Assembly: GCA_964199315.1 (NCBI GenBank)
Contig: OZ116700.1
Span: 4,092,001-4,156,000 of the forward strand
Direction: 5' to 3'
Length of the DNA: 64,000 bases
DNA from: Orbicella franksi
Lineage: Eukaryota
Below the pieces are notes generated by a model. It was not told where the DNA came from and made no database searches. It saw nothing but the letters and a program-made list of their open reading frames with translations. A program made the translations under genes and the position numbers. Shown here piece by piece: positions 11,401 to 24,400 of the stretch. How positions within the stretch are numbered: position 1 is the stretch's first letter; each line of letters opens with the position of its first letter.

Positions 11401-14400
11401 ACGCAACAACTCTTATATTGCCGCCAATATAATTAAAATTTAATCTCACAAAAGACGAAAGAGATATTTCATCTGTAAAGGCAGTGAATAAGCTATTGTA
11501 GGTTCCTCGTCCTGCATATTCCTGGCTTTGGAGTTGTAACTTTGAGTTGTCAGAACCGTTCTCTTAATGTAGGTATGGTGGCATAATTCACTCCAACTAT
11601 ACATTTCTGGTCTAAAAGTTGTATTGGCAATGAAGAACGAATCAGGGAGGCGCTTTATTATCCAAATTTCATCTATTTACCTGATCGCTGGAAACGAGGT
11701 GGAAGTGCTCACCGCGAACGCTACCAAGTCTGTCACTGTTGTCATGGTAACAGTTGCTCCCGAATGTTTCATAACAGCCTTAATTGTTTCGGTCTTTGAC
11801 AGTTCCCGTGGCTGTCGATCAAGCTCATCCACCATGATAAACATGTCATCGATACCGATTCCCAGAACCAAGAATGGCAAGACTCCCACGATACTGACGA
11901 ATGGTACCCGAAACCACATGGAGAGGCCAAGCCCAGCCAAAATCCCCAGGGCCACTGCAAACACTCCTGCATTAGCGAGCAAAGAGTGACCGGTCAGCGG
12001 ATTCAAGAACTTACCAAGTATGAAACAAGCGAAGGTGATCATGAGAGTGAAAGTGATTGAGACCCAGCTGACATCAGATCCGCTGCTCTCAGCGATGGCA
12101 TCGTCCAGGCTTCTCTCACTTGAGTAGTGGACTTCAAAACAACTGAGTTTGCCCACTAAAGAGGCCACTTTGTCGATGAAAGTCTTCTCCCAATCAATAA
12201 TCTTTTCGTTCGTTTCGTCGTCACTAGGGTCACGGATGAAGTACACCATTTGCAGTGCTTTCGCCTCGGTTATGCTTCCACCTTCTCGGTTGGCATCACC
12301 AAACATGCGGTTGAAGTTGTACCAGAATGGACGTCCATTTCGCATCAGCGCCGTGTTGTTGTACGCTTTGTCTAGCTCGTGTTGAACCTGCTGGAGGTCT
12401 TTACCGTCTAACTTACTCTCATTGAACTGCGCAAATTCCAGCGCGTTAATCATCATACATTCGTCTGGTGACTTGGATTTGTTTCCTGCCAGCGTGACAC
12501 AGAAGTCGGAATAAGATTCCAATCCAATAACCGCGTTGTGCGCTTCAAAGGCCTGCTTGAGACACTCAGGGGCAAGAACATTGGGATGATCAGAAGACGC
12601 CACCAAAAGGACGATTTCCTCTCGAATCTTAACTCTGAAGTATTTCTCAGCGGTGTCTAAATCTTCAATGGACTTGCTGCTTTGAGGGATGAAAAGTTTT
12701 ACAGTTCTGGTTTCTGATTGGAACCAAACAAATCCAACGGAGCACACACTGACGAACACAAGACATACTTGGATTGTTATGAGAGGATGTTTGGCGATTC
12801 CTTCACCATAACAAGCGAAGAATCGCTCCAAAAGACGCAAATACCAGCTGCAGAAAGACGACCACACAAGACATGGATTGAATCGGCGTGGGCAGCAACA
12901 GCTGAAATCACAAACATTCTAGATAAGAAAGGTATTCTTGACATTAAAATGAAACACACCAAACTCCAAACTTGTACATGGATTAACTCTGAGAAAGAGA
13001 GGGATTTGAAGACAACAGAATCCTCCAGAGTGTACTCCAATAGGGCGTTAAATACCTGTCCGTTAATAGAAAGGCACTGGTTAGGTGAGACCCATGGTGT
13101 TCAGAAATAAAGGATCAAGCATTTTGCAATCAATTTTGTCTTCCCTTCTCTCGCAGATTTCGGAAAACAGTTTGCCAAGTTTCATGCAGGAGTTTTTCAT
13201 AAATTGTATTAAATGAGTTTATGCTGATTACGTAACGGTGAATTTTGTTTGCAATACTGTACTTATAGAAACGTTGCCAGTTCCTAACTACTTTTAGTAG
13301 TGTTCCTTTACACCAACAGTTTGGGTAATATTGAACAGCGTAGCCCCCCTCTCTTCTTTTTGCTATTGCCGTTTCTCAAGCTACACCCAACTAACTGAAC
13401 GCCTGGAGGAGGCTATGACTGGCAGAGCTTTGGGTATTGTTGACTGGCAGAGCTTCCAGCTGTTCACCTGAAAAATTGTTTGCAATCTTCGATTCATGTA
13501 AGGCATAAAACCCTTAGGGTATTTTTTCTTTTGGGTTACATTAGTTGGTAGTTAAACCATTCCAAGAATTTTCATCATTGAGGCTTTTTTTTAGCTCAGC
13601 TTATCAACAATTTCTGTGCTTACGTTCTTTTGTAATCGAATTCTCAAATGTAAACTTCAACAACAATCACGTGGCAATTATGCTTTTCACGGTTTATCGG
13701 TTCATTAAGTTCGAAACACTCAGAAATACAGCTTGTGACAGATCCGGAGGCGATCTGCCGTGTCTCATTAGTTTATAGCAATTGCCAGTCTTTCCAAGAC
13801 TTAACCGGAAAGGTTCGGAAAGTGTAATATGTAAGCAAATGATTCAAAAATTCACGTTGTTCTGTCAAAGGTGAAAACGATACTGGGGATATTTTAGTAC
13901 AGTAAAAGACGGAAATCCTGAGTATGATCTATACAATGGGCGACCACAAGTTGATTTTGCTTTCACTAGACAAATTTGAAATCAAATATGAGCCCTTGAA
14001 ATATTTACGTAACGGATCCTGTTGAATAGGCATAATTCGCCCCATAAAATGATGAAAATTTGGGTGAAATTCTTATTAAAAAGCAAAGTGAACGTTGCAC
14101 TCATCAAGAGCATCACTGGAACGACAAACACTGCATAACTTTGGTTTATCTTAGGCTTGAATAAAGATTACGCTGGTTAGACCAATTCCCATAGAAAACT
14201 GGATGGGTTGCAGGTGTTACCCAACATTCACTTCAATTTGTGATTCTTGTTTTCATCATTCTTCATTTCGTCTTGTTAAAGCATTTGTAACTAACCGAAC
14301 AGATAAAGGACTCTAGGTTACTTGTTCTCATGGAAATTTTTAGCTCGATAAATGCATGCATGGATGAAACGACCAGAAGCGATTTACATCGCACGCTTCC

Positions 14401-15241
14401 ATCGCGCGCGCGCTTCCATCCAGAATTTTAGTTTAGCTCTCGTTTTCAGTTTTCTCTCCAGAACAAAGAGGAACAACTATTGCAATCCATCCCGTTCGCT
14501 ATGGGATTGGCGTTACGTAACCTTCATTCACGTCTACATATAAGATCGCCCCAGTTCTGCTGCAGTTCTTTTACACTATGGCAATGACGGAAAAGTTACA
14601 GGGTATAATATTAATACAATTTTGCCCTAAATCATGTATAATTTCCTGCAATGTGGACAATTCTAAGTGAACTTTTAATTGTCTTCTTTGATACAAGAAT
14701 TAAGATTTTATCCAGGGAAAAATTAAATATGATTCGATTTTTTTTTCAGTTTTCCCGTGAAGCGCTGTGTCAGCTGTAGCCTCATTGGTATATTTGCAGG
14801 TAAAGGACTCAGTTTTGGCATTTATACACGATTATAAAATGAAAGTTGAAGATGACTGATTATGCAATCGATCGGTTAGTTGTTTCGGTAAAACACGCCG
14901 CAGTTAACATTATTAAATACTTCAGTACGCGCAGTACTTCGCAATCATTTTCATTTTTGGAGGGGGGAGGTATTGAGTAGATTACAGGCGACTTCGAGGA
15001 ATTTTTGAGGGCTTGAATTACATCTGACAGGGCTGAAATGTGACGTACAAATTGAACCTTACTCATCGGTCAACCGGTGATTGCCTGTTCGCCAACACTC
15101 AGCTCTGGCCACACGTGGGAATTAAAATCAAACGTTAAATCTCCTAAAATGACATATTAGCAGATACCTCTTTAAGTCGCTGGTCGTTTCCACGACCTCT
15201 TCGGCCGGATTGGAAAATGTTTCCTTGCTCCTTGTAGTCAT
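8443..15241 (-). CDS. Patched domain-containing protein (PTCHD3/PTR/NPC1-like, 12-TM RND family with sterol-sensing domain), ~1,024 aa
   Basis: Firm exons are 12901-11681, 11000-9853 and 9074-8443, with GT/AG sites and continuous frame (PAIR|YFC, LMG|GFSTF). The tentative first exon 15241-15168 (MTTRSKETFS...DLK, phase 2) matches the acceptor at 12901; total 3,075 nt. It has the intact TM4 motif LGIGIDDMF, the TM10 motif IGFAVDYSAH, two luminal domains and an acidic low-complexity tail. Confidence 0.92.
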
Positions 15242-17833
15242 TGACAAAGCGTCGACAAAACTGTTTTATGGCCCAATGAATAAAACAGCTGAACGGTTTT
15301 CACTCGAAAAAACAGTCAGGAAGAACCATTAGAAATCTTGGCTTAAGAGCTTGTTTTACCGGTTTGTCACCGAAGAAGCGAATAAAGTCACCATCTATCG
15401 CTTTGGTCGAACAGACCGTGACAGCGAACTGAATAAGAAATCGCTTTACTTCGAATGTTGTCATTAAAAACGGAAACAAAAACACTTGTTCCAAGAGTGT
15501 GTTGTGATTGGACGAGATGGCACGCTAATGACATTCATGAATCCAGCCCAGCTTGACGTAAGCCCGTATTATTGAAATTGTGATGCACGAGTAGTCTGTT
15601 CACGTTGTAAGGCGTTCTCACGGCAGCCATTTTGAGTTTATTAGTCCTAAAGGATTAGAATTTCAATATGTTGAAGAACCAAATACAGCAGCTATGACAT
15701 CATGTGAAAACTGAAATTCTAGTATGGCTCTGAGGCTGGGACGAACAAAAAAGTTCTTTTGTTTTAGCCCTAAGCCTCAGCGCCAGGTCAGATATCAACT
15801 GCAGCACTTTCCAAATCCATGGCTTTGAATTAAACTAGTTGCTTTGATCGGCCAATAAAAGACCTAAAACTAACAAAGTTCTCTCTGATTGTCAGGGACA
15901 CCCAAAGCTTTTAATCCCCTTCCGATTTTCTTGGGGGGATTGTCACCTCGAGCTTTCGTGACGTGAGACATTTAAAAGAGCTTTTCCGCGTAAAGAACGT
16001 TACAAATGCAAATATACATTTCACGACTTTAGGCGTGTAAATGAGATCGCTGCTGCGTCTCTTTTAAGAAAGAGTCGCGCGCTCAGAAGTAAACTGGCGT
16101 GATTTTGCTGTACATTTCATTCAGCTCGGTGCGTTTGCAAATGCCTTATGAAACCAGACTAGATAACTTTTAAAAGCAAATTGTTGCTTCTCAGATAAAA
16201 AGAATCTTTACAAAATCGTTGTTATAGACTAACGATTCGATCCAACGTTCTTTATTTACATGATAGCTTTAACTTTGTCGAGGCTGTTTCTTCTTCGCTA
16301 CACGTCTTGGAATAAAGAAATATGGCGTTCAGGTAAAAATGTGCACAATTCTTGGTCAGCTCTTTGAAGATTTTGACGTGAAGTAACAGGCCCTTATAAT
16401 CGAACGGGCGGGGAATTTACATGTCTAATGTCATAATGTATGCTTTTGCAGCTATAAGGGTTGTTGTGCGGAAAAACTCTAATGCCTGTTGTAACGGTCG
16501 TTTTGTGTCTCCAAAATTCGGAATGGCAATAGGATCTAAAGTTTAAGGGAAATGGAAAAAAAGCGCTAATTAATTCGAGAGGACTCAAGTTTCCCTAGAA
16601 ATGAATGACCGAACAGATAAACATGTTTTAGCGGAACCTAAAATTAATCTCCAGAGCTTAAATCCGTCATTGGGTGCTCCTGTGTTTGTGCATAAAGTGA
16701 ACTGGCTTGAGACGCGTGCAGTGGTTCTTGTAAAACTCGCCGGTGCTGTGCCGGTACATATTATCTGATTTTGTTTCGGCGTGTGGAGCTCCTCCACTGA
16801 ATGATATGTTTCTGGGATGGTATTTTGGTACGTGCAGTTATTTCATCTACCGGCTTTCAGTGGCTTTTTTCAAGCAACCTTTACAGTCGGTAGACATAGC
16901 TCCGATAATGCAGCTCTCATTACAGCTTGTTTAGAAGATACGTTGATTTTTACATGTTTTACTTGCAAATGATTAAACAACACTGCAGTACGTCAAGTTT
17001 CACAAAAATGCTTTTATTAAAAAAATCTACTCTATAAATTAAAGTCTCACAAAAATTTTATAGCCGCTCTAAAAAATGGCAAGGTTTTTTCATCGATAAA
17101 GAAAATTTACAAAGAAGGCACACGGACGGATCAATCTCTTAAACTAATTGTTAACTTCGTGACTGTATAGTTTAGGAATGGATTAGCCGAACACGAGACA
17201 AACTAGTACAACTGATGTTAACAATTGTAAAATACTGATCTGTGATATCAGATACCGGTCCATCTTCCCCTTAAGGCTCAGTCGGACAAGGCATTCTTAA
17301 GTCAAGTTAGTCATGATATCAGATAGCTACTTGAAAAGCTACAATTGTGCCTACATTTTTGGTTTCTTTATTCCTGAGTAGAAGAGCTTTGTTTATAGAA
17401 ATCTAACCTTACTTAGTTACCATCGGTTTCTTGTTAATGCTTTAGTGCTTAAAAAAATCAAATTATTCAGCTCACCATGAACTTTTCTTAAAGCAGGCAA
17501 TTACAATGTCAAACAATAAAAAGTATTTATCGTCACACGAGTTATTTATAATAAAAAAGATAAATACAAAAAGCTATAATATGTTTCTTCTTCTTACATT
17601 AATGAAATGGCCAACGGTCACTTGCAGAAAGAGTTGGAAAAATTCAGCTCATTTAGTTCTCTCTAAATCTTTTTTCTAAGACAATAAAGATTTTAAGCAA
17701 TAAAAAACGATTCTTATCACACGAATTATTCTTGACAAAAAAATTAAATATAAAAGGCCAAGCTACTTCCCAACTTCTTGCAATACTGAAATGGTCAACG
17801 GTCACGTACGGAAAGAGTGGGAAAAATGACTTA

Positions 17834-18079
17834 GGTTGTGTTCACACTTGGTGCCTTGACACCGTCCCAAAATAGTGTTGCATCCAGACCCTGGGTACTC
17901 TAAAGACCCAAGTACTATCTAGTGCCCGAGCACAAGGTCGAAACTTTGTACCCGGGTACATGCATTGTGCACGAATTGTGGTATAAACATGCACTTAAAA
18001 AAAAAAGGTGTGTTCACATCAGCGTTCAGCGAGAATTGTACTCGGGCACCCTTCTTAGACACCAAGTGTGAACATAGCC
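17834..18079. mobile_element. PIF/Harbinger-type (Tourist-like) MITE downstream of the PKS stop codon
   Basis: TIRs GGTTGTGTTCACACTTGGTG and CACCAAGTGTGAACATAGCC, flanked by TTA on both sides (17831-33 and 18080-82). Confidence 0.8.
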
Positions 18080-18451
18080 TTACTTTTTGATTTAACAACG
18101 AGAACATGCAAGTTGCTACTACGTCCTTCACTTGTGTTGTAAATAAATTGGATACTCGTTAAAACATTCTTCTTGCTGATCTCAGCTGTAGAATTGCTAA
18201 ATATTTGAGAAGCAAGGGGACAATAGCTCCATTTTTAATTGACCAACAAGGACCGCCAAAATTGCGGCTAATCAAGGAAAAAAAGAACAAAAATTGCGGC
18301 ACTAATAGCTAATTTTTGAAGAAAATTCTGATGTTAAATAAAAATTTGTAAAGAGAGGCAATTTTTGTTTGACAGCAAGGACCTGCAAGCTGCAAATAGC
18401 CACTTTTGTTGAAAATTACCTTATGGAATGTGTGTTTATGCTACTATAGTT

Positions 18452-21400
18452 CTAACTGGTTAACAAAGTCACTGCAAATACAGCTTCTATCATGTTGTAA
18501 AATGCTTTTAGATCGGAATAATCAGTGAATTCCAAGTTGTAAACTCGTCGGCCTGTTATGACGGACGCAACTTGTCCCAGGTTCCCACTTTGATGAGCTC
18601 CAACTCTTCGCTTGCGCCAGGCATGCTTCTGGGCACTGGAGACCAGTCGCCCTGGCTGCACCATGCGGAGGCCTGAAAGAAAAGATTCTTGTGAGAAATG
18701 CTTTCTAAAATGAGTAACTTATTAATATAAAAGAAATCTAAGGGTAATCTGTTTGAGAACAGCACACGCATAGAAAAGGCGGTTTTGCACATTGTTATGT
18801 GAACACGATTTGGTGGTATGTTTAGATTTTGTGAGGTCTATTTTACTAACGAATAACAACATCTGGAAGTTATTGTCTGGAAAGCCTAGAGAATTGAAAG
18901 TTTCGATTCCCAGCGATTATTCGTGTTTGCATCAAGCTATGTGAACATGCGCTGGTTTCTATTTCTTCAAATAAAGTTCGAGCGAAGCGAAAGGTACTGA
19001 GAGAAACGAATCCTGAAAAATTCGAAATTCTGCAGTCAACAAAATTTCGTCAAATTTTATAATAAAGCATTACTACGAGTACATAACAGCTTTAGTCGTT
19101 TTGTTACCTTCCAGGTCAATTATCTTTTTGGTTTTCTCGCTTTCGTCCGTTGCTCCTTCCTCGATTCTTGACCTCAACTCAAGTTTGTGAGCATCCTCGG
19201 TGAAGAAAAGTTCTCCAAAGTGTGGATATTTGTTGCCTAAAATGGAAAAAGGTCGAAGATTATGAGAAATAACCGTAGACCAATAAATTATCAAAGACGG
19301 GTCGGGTCTTCTCGGGTCTTCTGGAATAATCGTACGTAAAGACTATTCTCTCGATTCAAGAATTCCTTTTTGAAAAACGGCATTGAAATATAAAGAGGGC
19401 ATTTCTTTAAACAAAGGCGCTCCTAGCTTGGGTTGTCGTGCAAAGAGCATCGCCTGACGATCCAAATTATGCCTGTGAAGTATACTAAATGTTGCAAAAA
19501 AAAAAATGATGGACACATTGAAAGAAATACAAGTCACAGTTGTAAACGTGACCTCCGCGTTTCCAAATTTGTCGATCATGCAATCCACCCCTACTTGTAG
19601 TGCTCGTCACTTCTTAATGGGTTCTGGTCATTTGCCGAGCACCGCGCTACAAAATCCATCGCTACTGTTGGATTTCCTTTGCTCTAGGTATATAGAAATT
19701 CACTGCGTCTGTAAGCTACCCTAAAATGATACAAAGGACTTTTGACAGTGGAATAAAAATCATCAGCTGAACTTTTAACATTATCGAAACGCAATCACAA
19801 CAAATTACCTTTCTTTGAGTGAAGGAACACTTTTACTCCGCTGCAAAACTTTTCCACGGCTCGTCTTTGATGGAATGTTCTTGTAGGTCTGGAGAATTCG
19901 GGGAACAACATCCGGTAGTTGAATGCGAGGGCTGTTGCTAGGATACCACCTGTCACTCGCGCATTGGGTAACTCGCTCAAAGAGAAATGATCACCAGGAC
20001 AAACGAGCTTGGTTGTGCCTCCATCTACCAGCTGGCCCCATAATTCCTCAACGCGATATACTGCAGAAACTCCACCCGAGAAGCGGTCGCATTGGGCTTT
20101 GACATAGGTGAGATGTCCACGATAGCGGACCTAATGATAGAAAAAAGAGGTTGCGGAACTTTGGCATAATTCTCTGATGGTCAGTGGCCACGTTTAATGA
20201 TTTGGCATTCTCTTCATCCAAGAAATACTGGCAAATACTGTTGCAAGTTTTGCCTCAAAGCATTGATTGAATTATCGCATTATTTAATTCTTACATGACT
20301 CCGTTATATTGGGTGGAACAGTAATTGAAAATCAATAACACATGTCCCATACCTCAGCAGGCTGCCATTCTTTGAATGTTCTAAAAGAAACTTTGTGGTT
20401 TGTTAGAAGAGCGTTCTTGAGTGCCCTCAAGTTGTAGTTAGCGAGACCCTTCTCAAAGCTCCTTCTCTGCAGTTCATCTATGACCCAGTCTTGAGTGTGC
20501 TTCTTCCTCAAGGTTTCGAATTCTTCAGCTTCCATCTTTAGAGAATCTACAGCCAGTTTTGCCAGAAAGTTTTCAAAAGCAAGCTGTAACGGAGAAAAAC
20601 GAATCAATTAATTTTTATTTGTTAATCGATTATTGGCATGCATGAAGACGCTTTTATTAACCTTTACCGCTAGGAAATAGCTTACTGGATGGCGTAGCGA
20701 ATATACGAAACACACATGTGAACTGCGGTTGAAACATCAAACGAAATTGTTTGGGCGATACCGGTGCGTCGCTCTACCGAAAGGAGATAAAAAGCGTTGA
20801 TACTGTAACCAAAGTAGCAAGCATTGCTTGCACTCGTGATCTGCGAGGAACATTCCATTCATTTGAGTACCAGTGAAAACTGAGCTACACTGCAGTTGCT
20901 CCACCAAGAAAAAATGCGTGGTCAACGGAACTTGAAACAGTCATTCAAACAAAAACTGAAATTAAACCTCATAAAGATCTAGGCATATATAAAACAAATA
21001 CTTCATTCCGTAGCCTTCAGCTGGTACCCGTTAACTTTCTTACCATTCATTTATATATAACTATTTTTCTCTTTCTTATTTAAACGCTTTATTGCCAACA
21101 ACCAAAGAGGAAGTATTCGATTTTGTTACTCAGCGCTAGCTAGATTTGTTCTTTAATAAGTTAGTTTTTATAACAAGATGGTATTGAATTAGCCAGGTAA
21201 TCACTATCTTATCGTTGCAATGACCACTTTTCCCACGAACCTGAACCTGTCCAAGTTGAAACTGTTCATCGGCAACCATGGAAACAAGTCTATTGCTGAC
21301 AGTCCGCGAGCGCGGATACCAAGGAAATGTGTCAATCATAGCCACAAACTCCACCCTCTGGTTCTGCTCTCTCAACAAGGACGCCATTTCGTAGGCAACA

Positions 21401-24400
21401 AGCCCTCCGTAGGAATATCCGCCAAGAAAGTACGGTCCATGGCGCTGCTCCGCGCTGATCAGTTGTACGTAATGTGCGGCAAGCTCACGCACTCCACTCC
21501 AGTCCTTACTCACTTCTGTTGGGTCAGTATAGCCCAGGGCATAGAAGGATATTAAATCCTAAGAATGGTAAAGAAAAGATATCAATACAACACTGAACAG
21601 TGGTGCTGCGTTAATAATGGCTTAATCTGCACAAAGCAAACACACGCATACACACACACGCACCAACAAATACTGGGAGATGGGAAGAAGAATTTATGGA
21701 TAGCAATCAGCTGAACGATACTTCTGTCGGATCCACCGAAATCACTCTTTGGCCAATTTCTATGAAAATGTGGCCCATGATGCTCTAAACCATTTTTGTT
21801 CGCTAATTTCAGGTAGCTAGAACGTGTACCACATGTAATCCACTGTTTAAGGAAGCAATGAGTGCCGTGTTGGTCTTGCAAGTTACGGTGGTATAAAATT
21901 GACCTTCACTGCCAGTCAACTTACAACACTTAGAATTTGTTATCAGAGTTAATAACCTGTTAAAAATGTGAGAATTGATAAAATATGCGTGTGTATCGTG
22001 TAAATTATTCGAGCATTTAGGTGAACTTTTTATTGGTAGCCCTAGTATTTAGTGGAATAATGGAACAGTAAGCTAGAACTTCTCTTGTGCAGTAGCAAAG
22101 TACAATATACCAAAGCCTAGTACGTAGGGGGGATTGTTGCTTTCGGTATATGCGAGGCAAGGAGAATTTGACTGATGAATATGAGACTTGACCGTCTATA
22201 TACACTAGTTGGGAATCACCTGGCCTTGAAATCCCGTAGAAATCGCTGCCAGATTTAACGCATAATGGTGTGACGGATGTACACAGAAGAACTTGATGGC
22301 TGCGCCCGTAGGAGTGTACAGCGGTACAACTTGAATCTGACTCTCTGACGTGACATTAGATAGGGCTGCGTCGGTCAGTCCGGGCTGTATTTGTGCAGGT
22401 GCATTTTCTAGGGTGACGTTATTTTGAAGTTGTTCACCAGGTACTCCTCCGCTAAGCCTGGCCGTGACGTCATTTGCAATTTTAAGCGCAGTTGTATCAG
22501 GCTGCATAAAGTAGAAAACCTGAAAGAAGAGCAGCGTTTGTATCTCGTCAATTTGTACAAAAATATTACTACGATAATGCCGAAGATGACTTGCAAGCGG
22601 TTACAGTCAGCGGGCAGCGATTATTTTTGCAACCCACCTCAAAAGAAACTTGCAAATTGGCTTCAAACTGCATTTTCAAGGTCAGTGCCCCAGCTGAGTC
22701 GAGACCATAGTTGTACAAGCTCTTGTTGAGATCTACCTCAGACCCCGAAGAGAATCCTGCCCATTCAACCAATACCAGGAGTACGTATTCCTTGACGAGT
22801 TCGCGTCTTGTTTCTTCATCTTTCTCCAGCGTAATGTTTTGCGCCAGGGATTCTGACGTGTACGTCTGGTTTTCAGAATCATTAATTTCATCTCTGATCA
22901 GCGTCATTCTGGGCGTCTTCTTTAACCCGACAAGACTTCTCATGTAGCGAGGCCAGTCCACACCAAACAGGGTAATTTGGAAGCGGCTCGGTTGCTCACT
23001 TAGAACTTTGGCCATGTGTTTGACTCCTGTGTAAACATTTTAAAAAGGATTTAGAAGGTACAACTGTAACTTAAAGTATATGGTTTGAAGACAGAAGAAC
23101 TGGAAGTTCATGAAATGGGGTCGAGTGAAAGGGAGACGTACGCTTCGAAAACCTGAGCGGGATAGCCATCTTGAAAGTAGGAAAAAGAATGATGGTGACT
23201 TACTGTGAGTACGACTGCCTCTCTTACCATCGTTCATGTCATGACAATGCCCGACTTAAATCATAGCCTTTTGCATGAATACGCTAATCTGAGAGTCTCT
23301 GTGGGGCAAAAACGTGTGGTACTATAGGTAACAACGAGGCTTTGCTACAAAACTGTTCTTCTCTAACCACAGAGCATCAAAACGCAAATGATCTTGCATA
23401 TTCTTAAAAATAATTCATGGCACGTTTGTCGTCCTTTACGTCCTTTCGCAACAGGTCTCTGTTATAAGACGGCCCTTCTAACTACAAGCTCGACTATTAA
23501 CTCTTGTACACGAAATTTTAATCCGAAAACAATTAAACATATTACTTCCATTAGCCATGTCAATACCCACATTTTTAGTATCACCTTACTGGACGTTTAA
23601 CCCTTTTTACCGTTTGAGAATATTGAGATATCGGGAAAATGTTTATTAGGTCTTAGCAAAGAAATAGCATACCATCTTTGGCTTGTATAAAGCCAAGTCC
23701 GCCCAAATTCATCAATTTAGCAACATTAGACTCTCGTTCCATCAAACCAGCTCCACTGATTGGTCCCCAGTTTATCGCCAATCCGGGTAGACCGAGCACA
23801 TGTCTTCGGTACTGGGCAAGAGAATCTTGAAAAGCATTGCAAGCTGAGTAAGAGCATTGCTTCAGGTTACCGAAGACCGAGGCCATGGAAGAAAACATGA
23901 CGAAGAAATCCAAATCCATTTCCAAGCTCATTTGGTGAAGTAAGACGGAACCTTGCAAACAAATTGAAAACTGTTACCATAATGATTCTAGTTAGTCTCC
24001 GTTGCATAACTTTACTTTTAGGAGCTTAAGGAAAGGTGGTCACTAAGAATGTGGCGCTTTTTGAAAAACATATGTCGAGGCTCTAAAAGGACTCGTTGGG
24101 GACATCCACTAGGCATACCTCAATGAATTGTTTTTCTATATTTTTAAAAGCCACGCACAATAATTTGAAAAATGACTTGTTGTGCGGTGAGCCTAACCAA
24201 CCATTAACGGACCTAATTAGTCCTTATTGGTATGGAAAGGTGGACGCTGATGGAGGAATTCATACAGAGGCTTTAACTACCAACTGCTAGGCATCACCCT
24301 CGTCAGCCGTTGACCAGGAACTATGGTAGTTTCGGCGAGAACAAAGTACCTCATTATGGAATCTTACCTTTTATCTTAGGGCCCATGGACTCGGCGAAGG

